DNA of 64,000 nt, from contig OZ116707.1 of assembly GCA_964199315.1 (NCBI GenBank), forward strand, positions 7,750,001 to 7,814,000. The letters run 5' to 3'. This stretch comes from Orbicella franksi (taxonomy: Eukaryota). The position numbers were made by a program, and so were the translations under genes. The notes beneath the pieces are model-generated. The model did not search any database and had not been told where the DNA came from. It worked only from the letters and a program-made list of their open reading frames with translations. Within the stretch, counting starts at the first letter, position 1. Every line of letters begins with the position of its first letter. Positions 22,919 through 36,079 of this stretch are shown here, piece by piece.

Positions 22919-23215
22919 TGGAGGTGCAGTGGCCTCATGGTTAGTGCACTTGACTGTGGAGCGGGTGGTCTGGGTGTGAGCCTTGGCAGGGGACATTGTG
23001 TTGTGTTCTTGGGCGAGACACTACTCTCACAGTACCTCTCTCTAGCCAGGTGTATAAATGGGTATCAGCAAATTTAATGCTGGGGGGCAAACCTATGAAG
23101 GACTAGCATTCCATCCAGGGGGAGTAGAAATACTCCAAATAACTTCATGCTACTGAAACTGGGATAAGCTCTGGGCTGATGAACCACTTGGCTCGTATAC
23201 AGAATTTACCTAATT
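22919..23215 (+). mobile_element. tRNA-derived SINE, decayed
   Basis: A-box-like tggcctcatggttag and degenerate B-box ggtgtgagcc, followed by a ~250-bp non-tRNA body. Confidence 0.7.
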
Positions 23216-23479
23216 ACCTATATGATCTTTCAAATATTCACCTGTATTCCTCCACACCCGCCACACCAACAACCATAGCTTTATTTGCATTGCCATAGTG
23301 ATTACAGTGTTGCAGAAGCTTATTTTCTTAAACAATAATGAAGTGGAAAATAACAAATACAATTAAACTGAACAGTTTTGATGTGATAATATTAAGCTAT
23401 CACATAATTCAAAACATGAAGATATAAATTTAATCAATAGTAAATTAACTAAATAATTAGAAGAATTCATCAATATTTT

Positions 23480-24110
23480 GATAGTTTCTGTAATGTTGGT
23501 TAGTTGAACATTAGGCAGTTGTAAGAAATTTAATTAAAGAAGGTTTCCCTTAATGTCAAGTATTTTGGGCCGTGCAAGAGAAAGTGAATTTTGTCTGGAA
23601 GATTAGTTGCCATGCATACCTGGCATATTCTTTTTTCGTGAGGGATTTGTTCATATCTGCCTATTTTGATCATCAGTTTGTGATTACCAGTTCTCAACTT
23701 TACTAGAGCTTTCCTTTCAGTTTGTTTGCTTGTATGATCAAGATAGTGGGGAGGCTTAAAAATTTTGTAAAATTCTACCTTCTCAGAGTGTTGTACAGCA
23801 TTCTCCCAGAAGGAAATATACTCTTGTTTCATACGACTGAAGTAGTGATTGATCTTGTTTTCACCTAAAGTGTCCAGATTAAAATTATTTAGATTATAAA
23901 AGTCAACTATATTCATGAGATTAGAGTAAAAACTTCTTCCAACTGAGTGGAGATCTACAGACATCAGGACATCAGGATATAGAATATAGTTGAGAATGTG
24001 TTTATTCATGTTAATAATCGGCTCTCTTATATGACTCCACTGGTTTTGTGGGTTAAATGCGGTGTCATTACTGCTGTCACGTACAGTATCTCCACCCATT
24101 TGACCGATTG
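23480..24110 (-). mobile_element. Non-LTR retrotransposon ORF2 3' relic
   Basis: ORF 23530-24099 has HYLD...RKALVKLRTGNHKLMIKIGRY...ICQVC...HFLLH, typical of a LINE C-terminal CCHC region. Confidence 0.65.
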
Positions 24111-24150
24111 GAAAATGGTTAGGTGTCAGAACAGGCTTATGGGCTTATGG

Positions 24151-25195
24151 GTCATCACTGACAGTGGTGAGTAGTCTTCAATTCAATAGGCCTTCCACCC
24201 CAATGAAGCAGGTTTCAAGCACCTCTGTCACATCTACATTGCTTAAAATAGCTGAGATAGCTTGTTTTGCAGCCTTTATCATGGTCTCAAAGACTCCTCC
24301 TTAGTCCTCTTGTCACTCAACATCATCCTGGGCCAACCTGATCTTGCTGCCATTCTTGTGAATAGATTTAAGAAACCTGTGGTGTCTTGGGCTATGGCCA
24401 TTTCTGAATGACAACAGTGCATTTGAGGATAAAGGAAGAGACACAAGTATCTCTTTCTTTGAACCCGTCCACACCCTTGGATTGTCAAGTATGGCCCAAC
24501 AAAGTCTGTAGTGCAAATCGTGAACAGTCTGTAAGTCATCTCTAAGCAAAACTGTGGTAGGGGAGCCATCTGCTGTTTAGCATGATGTACTAGGAAGTGT
24601 CGCTTACATTTGTAACAGTTTTGTATACATCTCTTCAACTGACAACTATGGATTCCATGGTACTTTTCACAAAGGTGGTTAAGATTGTAATTTACACCTA
24701 CTTGACGATGAACTGTGTTATGGGATGTTTCTTTGGTAAAATGATTGGGAACTTGATTTCTCTCGCGAGGCCCTCTGATCGACAAAGTGTTGTGTTGGGT
24801 TATAGAATGTCTGCATCTAACAATGGCGTGAGAGGCAACAGATGATTTCTCGTGCACAGCTCTTTTCCTACAGTGAACGCTATGATCTCTTCACTATATT
24901 CCTCTTGTTATGCTTCTTTGATGATTTCTAATTTGGTCCCTGTTAGTTCATCTGGCATCAGTTCTTCCTTGATACATTGATCACTAAGAACTTTCCAGTT
25001 CTTGATAAACCGTTTGACCCAACTCCTCAAAAGACATGAAATCTAATACCTTTTGACTGTGTACAGCAGTGTCAACATTCACAGGAAATTGATGGTCTGT
25101 GATCTCCTGTCTCCTGCTAATCACTGTTTATACTAGCTTTACTTTTGTTTACTGTGGAGCATTTTGGTGAGCATTCATGCTTTTGAAACAGACAG
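24151..25195 (-). mobile_element. BEL/Pao LTR retrotransposon integrase relic, copy 1
   Basis: H..H / CYKC zinc finger, QQMAPLP, TDFVGP, GFLNLFTRMAARSGWP..MLSD; duplicated at 59460-60480. Confidence 0.8.
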
Positions 25196-25204
25196 CACTG
25201 AGCA

Positions 25205-25555
25205 CAACAACATGTTCCTTTCAAGGTTGTATTAAAGGCTACCATGAGTATAAGGATATCTGGGATGCAGTTGTTGAAGTTCTGGATTGTGAGGTAAGAC
25301 CTTACGTTTGAAGGATGTGATTAGTTTTCATCAAGTGAATGATGTCACATATGTTTCTGCAGCACAAGCTAATAACCCACACGAAACTCATGCTGTTGCT
25401 GTTAAGCAAGTTTAATGCCAGGAAGGGAACCAAGAGATCGTGGGTCATGTGCCATTGACACTTTCATGTGTGTTTCACTTGTTTTTAAGGCACAGAGGAA
25501 AAATTTCGGTTGAAGTGGCTGGCAAATGGAGAAACAAGGGCATTGGGCTGGGAAT
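25205..25555 (+). pseudogene. HIRAN-like domain relic
   Basis: Fragments IKGYHEYKDIW, NPHETHAVAVK, IVGHVPLTLS and GKWRNKGIGL resemble ORF 56518-56934. Confidence 0.55.
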
Positions 25556-26330
25556 AATAATAATAATAATTTATTTCTAGCGCATTACATTAAAAAATCT
25601 CAATGCTCTTACAGAATAAAAATGAGAAAAACAATAACGAAACCAATATAAGGAAAATATATTAAATTACAATGGATGATAAAATACTAAAATTCATTAT
25701 AGAAATACTAAAGATCATTATTAAACAAAAATGTTTTAAGTTTAGTTTTAAACGTATCCACTGATGGGGCACTTCTCACATCAAGTGGGAGGCTATTCCA
25801 CAGTGCTGGCGCACAAGATGAAAAAGTGTGTCCCCCATAGGTCTTTGTCCTAAACACCGGTATGTGCAGTCGCAGGTGATCATTATTTGAACAAAGACAC
25901 CTTAGCAGTTGACGAAGATTAATAAGTTCCGCCAAGTAACAGGGTGCTAAACCGTTTAAAATTTTGTAAGTAAAAAGTAAAATCTTAAAAATGAAATGCT
26001 TGCGCACGGGCAGCCAGTGAAGGTTGCGGAGGATTGGCATGATGTGATCCACTCTCCTTGTTTTTGTAACCAGCCAGGTGGCTGAGTTCTGAACACATTG
26101 AATTTTTCGAGATTTCCTTGTCAGGGAGACCATGCAAGAGACTGTTACAGTAGTCCAGTTTACAGGACACAAAGGTGTGAACCAATTTTTCTGTACTTGG
26201 TTGGTCAAGCTACTGACGAATATTTCCAATACGCTTTAGAGCAAATGAAGCAGATTTGCAAAAATTGCTTACATGCATGGACATCGTTAAGCACTGGTCG
26301 AGAGTGACCCAAGAACCTGGGCATTCACGC
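25556..26330 (-). mobile_element. L2/CR1-group LINE 3' fragment
   Basis: FVSCKLDYCNSLLHGLP, HIMPILRNLHWLPVR, FSSCAPALWNSLP; (TTA)n tail at ~25556-25570. Confidence 0.8.
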
Positions 26331-26879
26331 TTGTCTTGACCTCAGAACCAGCAATATTCACCGCGGCTATAGGTTGATGCTGAAGATAACGAGATAAAAA
26401 ATGCAAAATTTCAGTTTTCAATTGTGGTTACTTAAGCCTTTTACCACAAGAAGCATTCAAAAATAAAGAAGTAAATACAACTAAGAGACAGAGGATAGAG
26501 CGGATCTGGAGATGTGTTGATAGTGTCAGTGTCTGCATTTATAATGAGCTGTTAACTGTAAAGTTGTTCTACTGTCACAGGATTGAAAGATTTTCATCCT
26601 TGTTGGTCTGTCTTTTATTGATCTTCATTATTTTTGTTTTATTATTGTTTTAGTGATCTTCATTATATTGCGTTATATTACAAATTTGGACTTCTATATT
26701 GTGTTCATTATAACAAGGATTTCATTATATTGAGGTTCTGTTCCATAAATTTTACTCTAACTTTGGCCGGGCTTGAGAATATTATTCATTATACTGAGGA
26801 CTTTGTTGTATAAAGGTTTGTTAAATCTAGGTTCCACTGTATATCAATAATTAATCTTATATTATTATATATTGAGCTA

Positions 26880-27870
26880 AAGAGACGAAAAAATCAAGAA
26901 AACAAAATACAACAACAAGAGTGGGCTAAATTCATGTTCAGAATTGAGCACTCTACAATAATCCACAATGGAAAATTCAGCACTGCTTATTGTACAAAGA
27001 ATATTCCTCTCCTATCACAGAATGACTTCTTGCAACGCCTAATTGAAAAAAGCGAGCAGTTTCTACGAAGAATGTGCTGGAAAGCTTACTTCTTCCTCAA
27101 CCCTGGTACTTCTACCTCCTCCAAAGACACATACGGCTTCAAGTCTACCAAGAACCCCACTCCAATTGATGAGCTAAAGGAATTTGAAGACAACATGCTA
27201 AAGATGGTGCAATTGTCAAAATTCAAACAAGTTAACGACTCTTTTCTAAACAAGCTCAATGATGACGCTGAACGCATTAAAAAGGAAACCAAACTACTCA
27301 TTGCCACTGACAAAACAAGCCGACCTGCCAACTAATCAACCCCACTAAATCCAAGTTAAGCAAAATCAGCAAAGAAATCCTTGACAGAGTCAACAGCAAA
27401 ATGACAAGAGCATCCAAATTCAACCAATAGAAAAACTACCTCCATGATCAAGTGGTTCGTAGAATTCTACCCCTCCATCAGCCAAGACCTTCTGAACAGA
27501 GCACTTGACTTTGCCTCAGCCTACAACAACATCACAAACGACAAACAAAACATCATCATACATGCTAAAAATTTAATCCCAATACACAAACAACAAACAT
27601 GGCATTACTATGGGTAGGTACGACAGCGCTGAGGTAAGTGAGATAGTAGGAAGTTTCTTGCTTTCCCAATGACAAAACCTTGATGTCAACATCAGACTCT
27701 TAGCCATTACAACAGCTCAAGTAAGAGATGTAATCTCTGTCTCAAAGAGAAACTTTTAATCATCTGTCGACCTGATCTGTCATCACTTAACAAACGTAAC
27801 AAACTTGTATCTTCTTGCCACCACAGAAACAAAGCGTCCCTACGTAACAACTAAACATTTAAAGATTTAA
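26880..27870 (+). mobile_element. Penelope-like element, 5' part with internal deletions
   Basis: LIEKSEQFLRRMCWKAYFFL...GFKSTKNP...IATDKT; duplicated at ~60850-61470. Confidence 0.75.
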
Positions 27871-27944
27871 ATTCTCCGCACCAGTTCTTATGTAACCTTC
27901 CATGGTATTTAACTGATAGTTATGAATATTCTTGTCATTAAAAT

Positions 27945-27983
27945 CCCCGGAAGAGTGAGCGATCACAAAACAGGCTTGTCAGG
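27945..27983 (+). ncRNA. Degenerate type I hammerhead ribozyme in a Penelope terminal repeat
   Basis: cc-CGGAAGA-gtga(gcga)tcac-AAAA-caggcttgtc-aggat: stems intact, core mutated from CUGAAGA and GAAA. Confidence 0.55.
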
Positions 27984-28129
27984 ATGAAAGTGTAGTTCTT
28001 TCTATTTTCAATATATATTGTGCTCTACTTTATTGTATCAAGCACTGTACTATGGGAAAATCGAAAGACAGACTTTCTATATATAATATATATGCTAGGC
28101 TTAAAAAACAAGAACTAGCTCTTGTTCAT

Positions 28130-29423
28130 ATGTTTTGACATTTGTGAGTTTCATTCCTTAATAACCGAGAAGTTGCTTTCTAAAGCGTTTGACTTTGCCT
28201 CTAAGTACTGCCAAATAACCAGCCATGAGCATGAGATCATCCTGCATGGAAGAAGAAATCAGCAAACAATCAATTTGATGTCACCATGGGATCATTTGAT
28301 GGAGCTGAAACATGTAAATTGGTTGGATGCTACCTTTTGTCTCTCCTCACCAAGAAGTATGGCCAAAACATCGGCTTATACCGAGACGACGGACTGGCAG
28401 CCTTCAAAGTTAATTCACGAGAAATAGAAAAGATCAAAAAAGGGATATGCAAAGTCTTCGGTGATGAGTTGAAGATCACAGTCAAAGCAAACACCCCCAG
28501 GTCAATTTCTTAGACATCATGCTTGACCTCAGAAGTGAGAAATTCTACCCTTACATAAGAGGGCAACATCCCATTATATGTCCATAAAGAATCCAACCAC
28601 CCACCATCCATCCTCAAGAACATTCCTGAATCTATTAACAAAAGGCTATCTGAAATATTGAATATAGAATGCTTCGATAGTGCTAAAGGCATTTATCAGG
28701 AAGCACTTGACAAAAGTGGCTACCGCTATAATCTCTCTTTCACACCGAGCCAGGCATCCCACCCACAGAATACTTGACAAAGAAATATCTTGTGGTTTAA
28801 CCAGCCATTTAGGAAGAGCATGGCAACAAGCATCGGAAAATGTTTCCTTTTACTTATTGATAAACATTTCCCTAAATCTAACCCCATTCATAAAATTTTT
28901 AACCGTGACACATTAAAATTAAGCTACAGCTGCATGGGTAACATCAAAACAATAACATCTAATCATAACAAAACTGAAATTAACAAATTCACATGCACCA
29001 ACAATCAAAAGAAGAACTGTAATTGCCAGAAACCCAACTCATGCCCTATGGATGGACACTGTAATGCGGAAAATGAATTCATCACTACAATCATGAAGGA
29101 AACATAATTCGGACTTTGTGACACTACTTTTAAATTAAGATACAGGTACTATATATATTCGTAATGAGCAGTACAAACATGCTACCGAGCTTAGTAAGTA
29201 CATGTGGAGCCTAAAAGATCAGAAAATTGCATATGACACTAAATGGCAGAAAGTAAAACAAGCTAGGTCCTATTTGAATGTAGCTAAGAGATGTAATTTG
29301 TGTTTGTGGGAGAAATTTTTCATATTATGCAGGCCAGAAACATCAAATCTCAACAGCAGAAATGAACTCGCATCGGGTTGTAGACATGCTAGGAAATTTC
29401 TACTGAAAAACGTCCTTATTTAG
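28130..29423 (+). mobile_element. Penelope-like element, RT C-terminus and GIY-YIG region, decayed
   Basis: [14 protein letters not shown]...GLYRDDGL; [10 protein letters not shown]; [12 protein letters not shown]...[13 protein letters not shown]. Confidence 0.85.
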
Positions 29424-29870
29424 TTAGTGATGAGGATCACATGTGAACCAAACTCTTGTGATAATTCACTTTGACCAGGTAAGTTAATAAATATCATATC
29501 ATTGTCCTTTCGGCTTCGGCTCTGAACTTGGCAGGAGTAGCGGAGCGCTGTATATTTAGTATTATCCGAATGAGCGCATTTCTTGTGGTAAGCATTCTTC
29601 GAATAGCGGTGGCACTGGTAAACTTCAAGTATCGATCAATAGACCAGTTGGGGTGTGCTGTTGCTTTATTTAATAAAAATAATTGAACATGAAAATATAC
29701 TCGTTCATTTTAATAAGAAATGCAGTTAAGGTCTTCCCTTACTGAACTCAAACGTTAACAGTTGAAGTTAGAGTATATAAAAAATTATTTAGAATACAAA
29801 ATCATCAATTTAAAACTTTAGTTTACATGTGGCGTTGACAAAAATCCATGATATTTTTTGTTGCAAACAG

Positions 29871-30780
29871 AATACTCAAGAAACAGAATTCAAGAAGTTC
29901 CTGATGGCTGTCCATGCCAGTAATGTAGAAGAACTTCAATATTACAATGTTGCAGTAATTTACAACAAAGAATGTACAGAGTTCAATGTGCAGGAGGTTA
30001 TGGAGGGGAAGCTACATTATGTACAAGTGGCATTCTGGTTTGACACAAGAGAAAAGAAAGCACAAGGTAATTTCAGTTTGTAAATTACAAATAAAATAGC
30101 TCTTTTACATCTCTCTCGAAAATGGGAGCTTACCCTCCCCCATAGAAAGAAAAAAATCAGAAATTAAAACCTCTACAAAAGATGCTGTTAAAAGTATGTT
30201 CAAAATACCCTATTTCCTAAATATAAATGTATTTGTTGCTTGACTGCCCCCTAATAAGAAAGCATTATTACCACTTGTAGTGATTTTTAGAGCCATCTGC
30301 TACTGATTCTTTCTTCCTTCCTTTTTGACAAAAGTGTCGCAATTGTCTCATGGACAGAGATTTAAAAATTATCTAACAGCTGACTCGGAAACATAAATTG
30401 TTTAACAGGGCACCTCCTCGAGAACAGCCTTACGCCACTCCTCATTGGCCATTGGGTCGCAGAGGGACAAGTCACAGGAAGATGCTGCCAATCACAGAAT
30501 GCAAACACATCAAACGTTTTTTCCTGCAAAGGCATTGATATGGGAAGAATTCCTGTGGAGCTGGTAGCCACAATAATAGAGAAGTTCAGCTTTGAAAGCC
30601 AGTGGGTTTTAGACCTAACTAACACAATTGGTAAGTCACACTACGGTGGTGGTTCACTTAAATATCTAGGGTTTCAACTTATTTGATGTAGGCTCAGTTT
30701 TCATCACTAAGAGTGCCGTTAAGTCTACAAGAAACTGTTTACGATTCCTTGGGAAGGAGACTTCAGGGAACACTTTGTGA
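29871..30780 (+). CDS. Spliced fragment resembling a beta-class N6/N4 amino-DNA-methyltransferase with a degenerate SAM-binding motif; exons 29871-30066, 30409-30630, 30692-30780
   Basis: The three exons splice in frame with GT-AG introns and give FWFDTREKKAQGHLLENSLTPLLIGHW...SNVF...RIPVELVATIIEKFSFESQWVLDLTNTIGSVFITKSAVKSTRNCL. By eye this follows the W.K...E.IL / KP.EL...I...S..GD.VLD.F.GSG....A....R pattern. Confidence 0.55.
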
Positions 30781-30839
30781 CCTTTTTTGCCTGTATTTTT
30801 GCATACAAATGATGTTAAAATTTAAAAGAAGAAAGAAAC

Positions 30840-30982
30840 TTGTGGTGCCGTGACCTAAAGGTAGACATGAGGAGAAATGGCTACACATGGGGAGAATTGC
30901 AACGACTGGCTCAGGACCATGATGACTGGAGGGTGCTTATTAGTGGCCTTTGCCCCAGAAGGGGCTACAGGCAATGATGATA
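30840..30982 (+). mobile_element. RTE-clade LINE extreme 3' end
   Basis: Translates ...DMRRNGYTWGELQRLAQDHDDWRVLISGLCPRRG, followed by a gatgat-type tail. Confidence 0.55.
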
Positions 30983-33293
30983 AAAACTTCGGTTCTGTTA
31001 GTTTCCATTTGCCGTGAAGGTGAGGACTAAAAGTGAAGGTGAGTTATCTGTTATTTTCTTTACTTTTTTTACATACAAAGGACTTAAAAAGTTTCATCAT
31101 TTTGAATTTAGAAGTGTTGTTACGATTAACTTAATGTCTTTATGCATTTTAACCTTTATAAACTTATGTCTGTTTGTACTAGCGTAAAAACAGCTGCAAG
31201 CAATAGTGAAAGAGCCAGTTCGCTGCAGATGGTAAGAAAACATTCTGCTTCCTTTGAAGCATTCCGTTCAACTTTTACTTTTTGTTACTGAGTATTTTCC
31301 ATCATTATTTCAATCATATTTGTTTTGTTACGTTCTGTTTTAAGCTTATTGTCTTTTGTTTCTTTGCTTTGAATTTTGAAAAACTGTTGCCCGAGCATCC
31401 CCTTACTGGTAGTCTGAAGTTTCTTTCACCCTCTCACTTTTGTTCTTGTTGTTATGCAGCATTATATCTCTAAATTATTGTTTACTAGAAATTAAAGGTA
31501 GCAATCTATTTTTCCACCACCAGGATGAAGCAGAGGGATATGATGGTAAGACATTCCTCGCATTCATGTTTCTTTGCTTGACTTTTGTTTATCTTACATG
31601 GGTATTCAATGTGTGTAGAGAAGTTTAAGCTTATATTACAACGAACACTTTTTCTATTCATGTGTGCAGAACCCCAAAGTCCACCACCGGACAGACAAAG
31701 AATGAGTGAGTATTCTGTGATTGTTACTTAAGCTTATATTAAGGTTAGGATAAGTGTGAAGGCTTGATGCTCAGCTCTGACACGTTCTAAAAACTGGCCC
31801 AATCATGTAATACTTCAAGCTCCATGAAATTTTGTCTTGTTATCCTGTGATAAAATCTGACAATTATCTCTGCTGCTTGGCAGGAAAACAAGTGAAAGGA
31901 AAAAAAAGTCAAATTGATTATTATCAACAGTTATAATACATTACAATCATTGCCAGCAAGTCATTGAAAGAAAGTTTGCTGACTCATTATGTTGACAGGA
32001 CAAAAACAATTTTAATGTTGTTGACTTACCAGGCTTTTTACTTGTTGTATTATATATTAATTAACAATGATTGTCAACCAGTAGAAAGAGACCATAGTTG
32101 AAATGGGGTGTGAATTGCAAAGGGAAGTATGAACATTGTACATGTAGTAAAATTTGAATTTGTGCAAATGTATATCTACCTGCAGGTTTGAACAAGGGGT
32201 CTGTTAATTGTGCTGTGAAGTTATTTTTGTTGGTAAACTTTTCCAACCAGTTTGACTTAATTAATAGTCTTTTTGAGTTTGATTTTTCTAGATGAAGGTA
32301 GGGGCTGTAGATCATAAACATGCAACACTGTCAAAATCAAACTGGTTTGTTATAAAGTTGAAGCCAAAGGTACATTTTGTAAGCACAACGGGGCTGTTAT
32401 AATGTACTGATCTTACCTCTCCAAGCCGACAGGCAGGTCAACCTTACATGGACAGTGACTTAATCGAAGTGCAAAAGGACATGTTGTTTTACAGAAAATG
32501 TATGACCTCGAAAAACAGAGCCATTACAATTGCACTTTCCATGAAGTTTTGAAAAACGCATACCTAATTTTACTCCGCAAGCTGTGCTGAAATCAATGCT
32601 GCAGGCATCGGTTTGAACTTGTGTCCATAGTCTCAAGTCAGTCTGACAACTGGGTATGTACTTAGCTGTCCAACGTGACACAATCCTTAAAGTGCATGGA
32701 ATTTCCCAAAGCTGAGTGGGTTTATTGCCTTGGCAGAAGCTTCCATTATTGTCGTGAGGGGGGGCTGATATGTGCAGAGTGGTACCTGACCCCTGGTGCG
32801 AGGGGGAGATTTCAAGGCACTTTACTTTGCTGTCATTAAGTTATGCTTGCAAAGAGCTTTTATCTGATATGATGACAGTTAAGCCTGAATTCATCCACAG
32901 GTGGCCCAGAGATTCTAGTGTCATTTTCTTTTTGCACTAGATGAAGTGTGGAGTGCAGAACTTGGTAAGCACTGCTTACATGACCCTATTAGGCACCAAG
33001 TGTTATTGGGCTGTTCGGACCTGGTTTTCAAAACATCAGATATATATAAATTACAATAATGAGAGTTAAGTCTTAAAACAGATCAAAGAGGGACGGGTAA
33101 TTAACGTTCTGTATATAATAGCCATGCATTCTAAAAATCCCCTTTAGCTACTTGTTCCAGCTTGGAATTGCATAACCACCAGTGAAATTCCTCTGAGAGA
33201 AAAGGGGCCATAACAATAAATTTATGACAATTCTATTGTGCAAAATTATTCTCCAAAAATATAATTACAGTGCAATTTTGGAACTCTTCACAG

Positions 33294-33506
33294 GATGCTT
33301 CAAATGTGAGGGAGTAGGACACCTATCCTATGTGTGCCCCTCAAGGGAGGAAGGTAAAAAGCTGTTAAAAAGTCCCCTTTTGGACCTCGTTGATAACAGA
33401 CAAATATAATAATGATTCTCTTTTGTACTTTTTCACAGACACGCATTTGGGTTGCTTTAGGTGTGGCGGCTGGGGGCACAAAAAGTATTTGTGCCCCTCC
33501 AGGAGA
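33294..33506 (+). CDS. Two small exons, each encoding a CCHC zinc knuckle (33294-33353 and 33439-33506)
   Basis: CFKCEGVGHLSYVC and CFRCGGWGHKKYLC (CX2CX4HX4C), joined in frame across an 85-bp GT-AG intron. Confidence 0.65.
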
Positions 33507-33589
33507 GTAAAAAAATCTGAGAAAAAAGGTATTACCCTTTTCATCAAACAAACAAACAGCAGATTCGTTGCCTTTTTGACCTTTCTTAG

Positions 33590-33780
33590 TTGCTTTGGAG
33601 TTGCTTGAAAAGTCTGAAGTTGAAACAAACAATGTATTGAGTGAGGACGACGCCATAACTTTAAATAGGGTCTGCGACGTGCTTTGAGGGTACAGTATCT
33701 CTATTTTCCTGAGGAGTTTAAGAGTCACTTTCGAATGACGAGGCAAGCTGTTCACTTGCACGGTCATGCCCACATTAAAT
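33590..33780 (+). mobile_element. Harbinger transposase N-terminal relic
   Basis: YLYFPEEFKSHFRMTRQAV matches the F..HFRMSR pattern of Harbinger/HARBI1-type transposases. Confidence 0.5.
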
Positions 33781-34281
33781 GTAGCACTACTTACTAAAGC
33801 TTGTCATGGCCAATCCACTGCAATAATGTTGTCAGATAGAAAACTTGAAGATCAAAGCTATGTTGAGTTCAATTTTCAGGCACGAAGAAACTGGGCCTGA
33901 GCAGGAATGGTCGAATGGAACAGAATTATCCGGTTATTCCGATTCTCCAGAATTTTAGGCCAACCTCGTGAACTCCCAAAATATCGGTGTAAAATTTCGG
34001 AAAATGTCTGTTCCATTTTGCCCCCTACACAAAATTTCCACAATATTTCGTCAAATGGAAAGCGCCTGTTGTTTCCGATGCACCCTCATGTGCAGGGAAA
34101 CAAAACCCCTCTGAAATTCCAATGTGCCATACACACTCTATCAAAAATGGCTTGTTTCAATTGGCTGTAGCTTAGGAACAAAACTCCCCTGGTATTGGAA
34201 AGTGGTGAGACCTGACTTGTTGTTTTATGTTCACTGTATGATTTTTCACGAATTTTTGAACAAAACATCTTAGGTTTAGAC

Positions 34282-35330
34282 ATGGCTTCTGGCAGAATTG
34301 ATGAAAGTTAAGTTTCATCTGATGAAGAGTGAAAAGTCTTCGCTGGTTTTACTATTGAAGAAATTGACGATATCCAACAAGCTCTTCAACCATGGCAAGA
34401 ACATAACGTGCTTCGCAATTTGGATGGTGACATCGAAGACTTAATTCGACCTATGGCGGCATTTAAGAAGGGGAAGCGATTCTGTTGAGCTATACGCTAT
34501 CAAGGAAGAAGAAAAAGGCAATGAAGAAAGTAGTAATGAAGAATCTGCGCCTGAAGAAAACTGGCCAAGCGCTCTTCAGTGGTCTAGTACATTGCGGGAA
34601 ATAAATGTTAAACAATTTTGATTTGCTATGAACTGGCCAGAGATCTCAGAGACAATGGAACTGCCAATATATTTATTGACGATGTCTTTATAGTAGTATA
34701 TATTGACGAAATTGTCCAGTTGACTGTTGCGTGCGCTCGTTCCAAAGGGGATTGGATATTCACAACTCGAGTGGAAATTTCAGCGTATCTTGGACTGAAC
34801 ATTCTTATTGGAATCCATGAACCTCCTCAGCTGGCAATGTACTGGGATTATGATGAGTTTTTGGAGTGGAAGGCTTCAAGAAAACGATCCCAAAGCACTG
34901 CTTCATCACTCTGGGGACATATTTAGATCTTGTTAACCCGACCGCAGAAGACGGAAACCATTTCCAGTACCTCGGTTGGAGCAGAAGGTTACCAGTCATC
35001 TTGCCACCAATAATCTAATAAGGCAGTGGATAACAGAATGAGGAAAAATTTATGAGCTTATATGTGACTTGAAAAAAAAGCTACTAAGGCAATGCGTAGT
35101 CCAGATATCATCGGTTTGCCGAGGCATACACTCCCAAGGAAAACATTAGTGGCCATTTTCTGGGAAAATGGAGGGCGGGAAAAAAGCTTGTGTCATGTAT
35201 GCGAAAGTTGACAGAAAGAGGAATGAAGGCCGCATCTTCCAAACGTCCTACGCGTGCAAACAGTGTGGCTGGCGTTTGTTTATGTTGCCAAATGTGTGGT
35301 GAACAATCGTGTTTTGCCGAGTAGCATAGT
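34282..35330 (+). mobile_element. piggyBac-like transposase relic, internally deleted
   Basis: IDEIVQLTV...EISAYLGLNILIGIHEPPQLAMYW (DDE_Tnp_1_7-like) and a decayed Cys-rich tail (TSYACKQC). Confidence 0.65.
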
Positions 35331-36079
35331 GGTAATTTTTAACGATTAGAACCTCTTAGTGTTGTGCTACAGTTATTTTAGAACTATTTGTGATCTTAGT
35401 GTTATTTTATCGTGAAAACTATGTCAGTCGTTTTGCCTACATGACCGAAGTTGTTTTGCCAATGCGATTTGAGTCGATTTGCCAACATTTTTGTGTGAAG
35501 ATTATCACCACTGCCCACAGGGAACAGAGGACAGGAGTTGTATTTGACCATATTTCCAGTTAAATTCACCGTAAAATTGTTGCGCAAATCAATTTGTTGT
35601 TGAGTTAAAAAGATTTCAACAGACGTGTAACATGATATATGTTAAGTGGAATCCGATTTTTCAAATTACTTTTTGGAGATTTTGAGAAATCGGGGGTAAA
35701 ATTAGTGTTCGACTGAGGAGAGGAAACGACTTAACGCTCCAGTTATTGGGAGGTTTGAGAAATGGGGATTCCCCACAGTTTGATATATCGATCCTCTGCT
35801 TCCTGTCCAGTTATGCCATTTAGAGAAAGGAAGAATTTTATACAGTTTAGTTAAGTAGGCACACAGATATATCGTTTCAAGTTAACGGTGAAGTTTAATT
35901 CTCTGTTGTTTTGGTACGTGACAAGTTCCTGTTGGTAGTATTCAAGTTTATTAGCCCGTTTGTTGAGACAGAGCGTTCAGGATAGCCGTGCCGTTGATGT
36001 CGAATACTCTTCTGAAAAACAGTGCTATAATTATTGTAAGCCTAATTGTCAATTTTTGATAAGTATGAATGAATATTTA

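Noticed and set aside
22919-23000. tRNA gene
   Set aside because: The B-box is degenerate, there is no full cloverleaf, and it continues into a SINE body.
23176-23182. CTGATGA as another hammerhead core
   Set aside because: There is no stem II followed by GAAA downstream.
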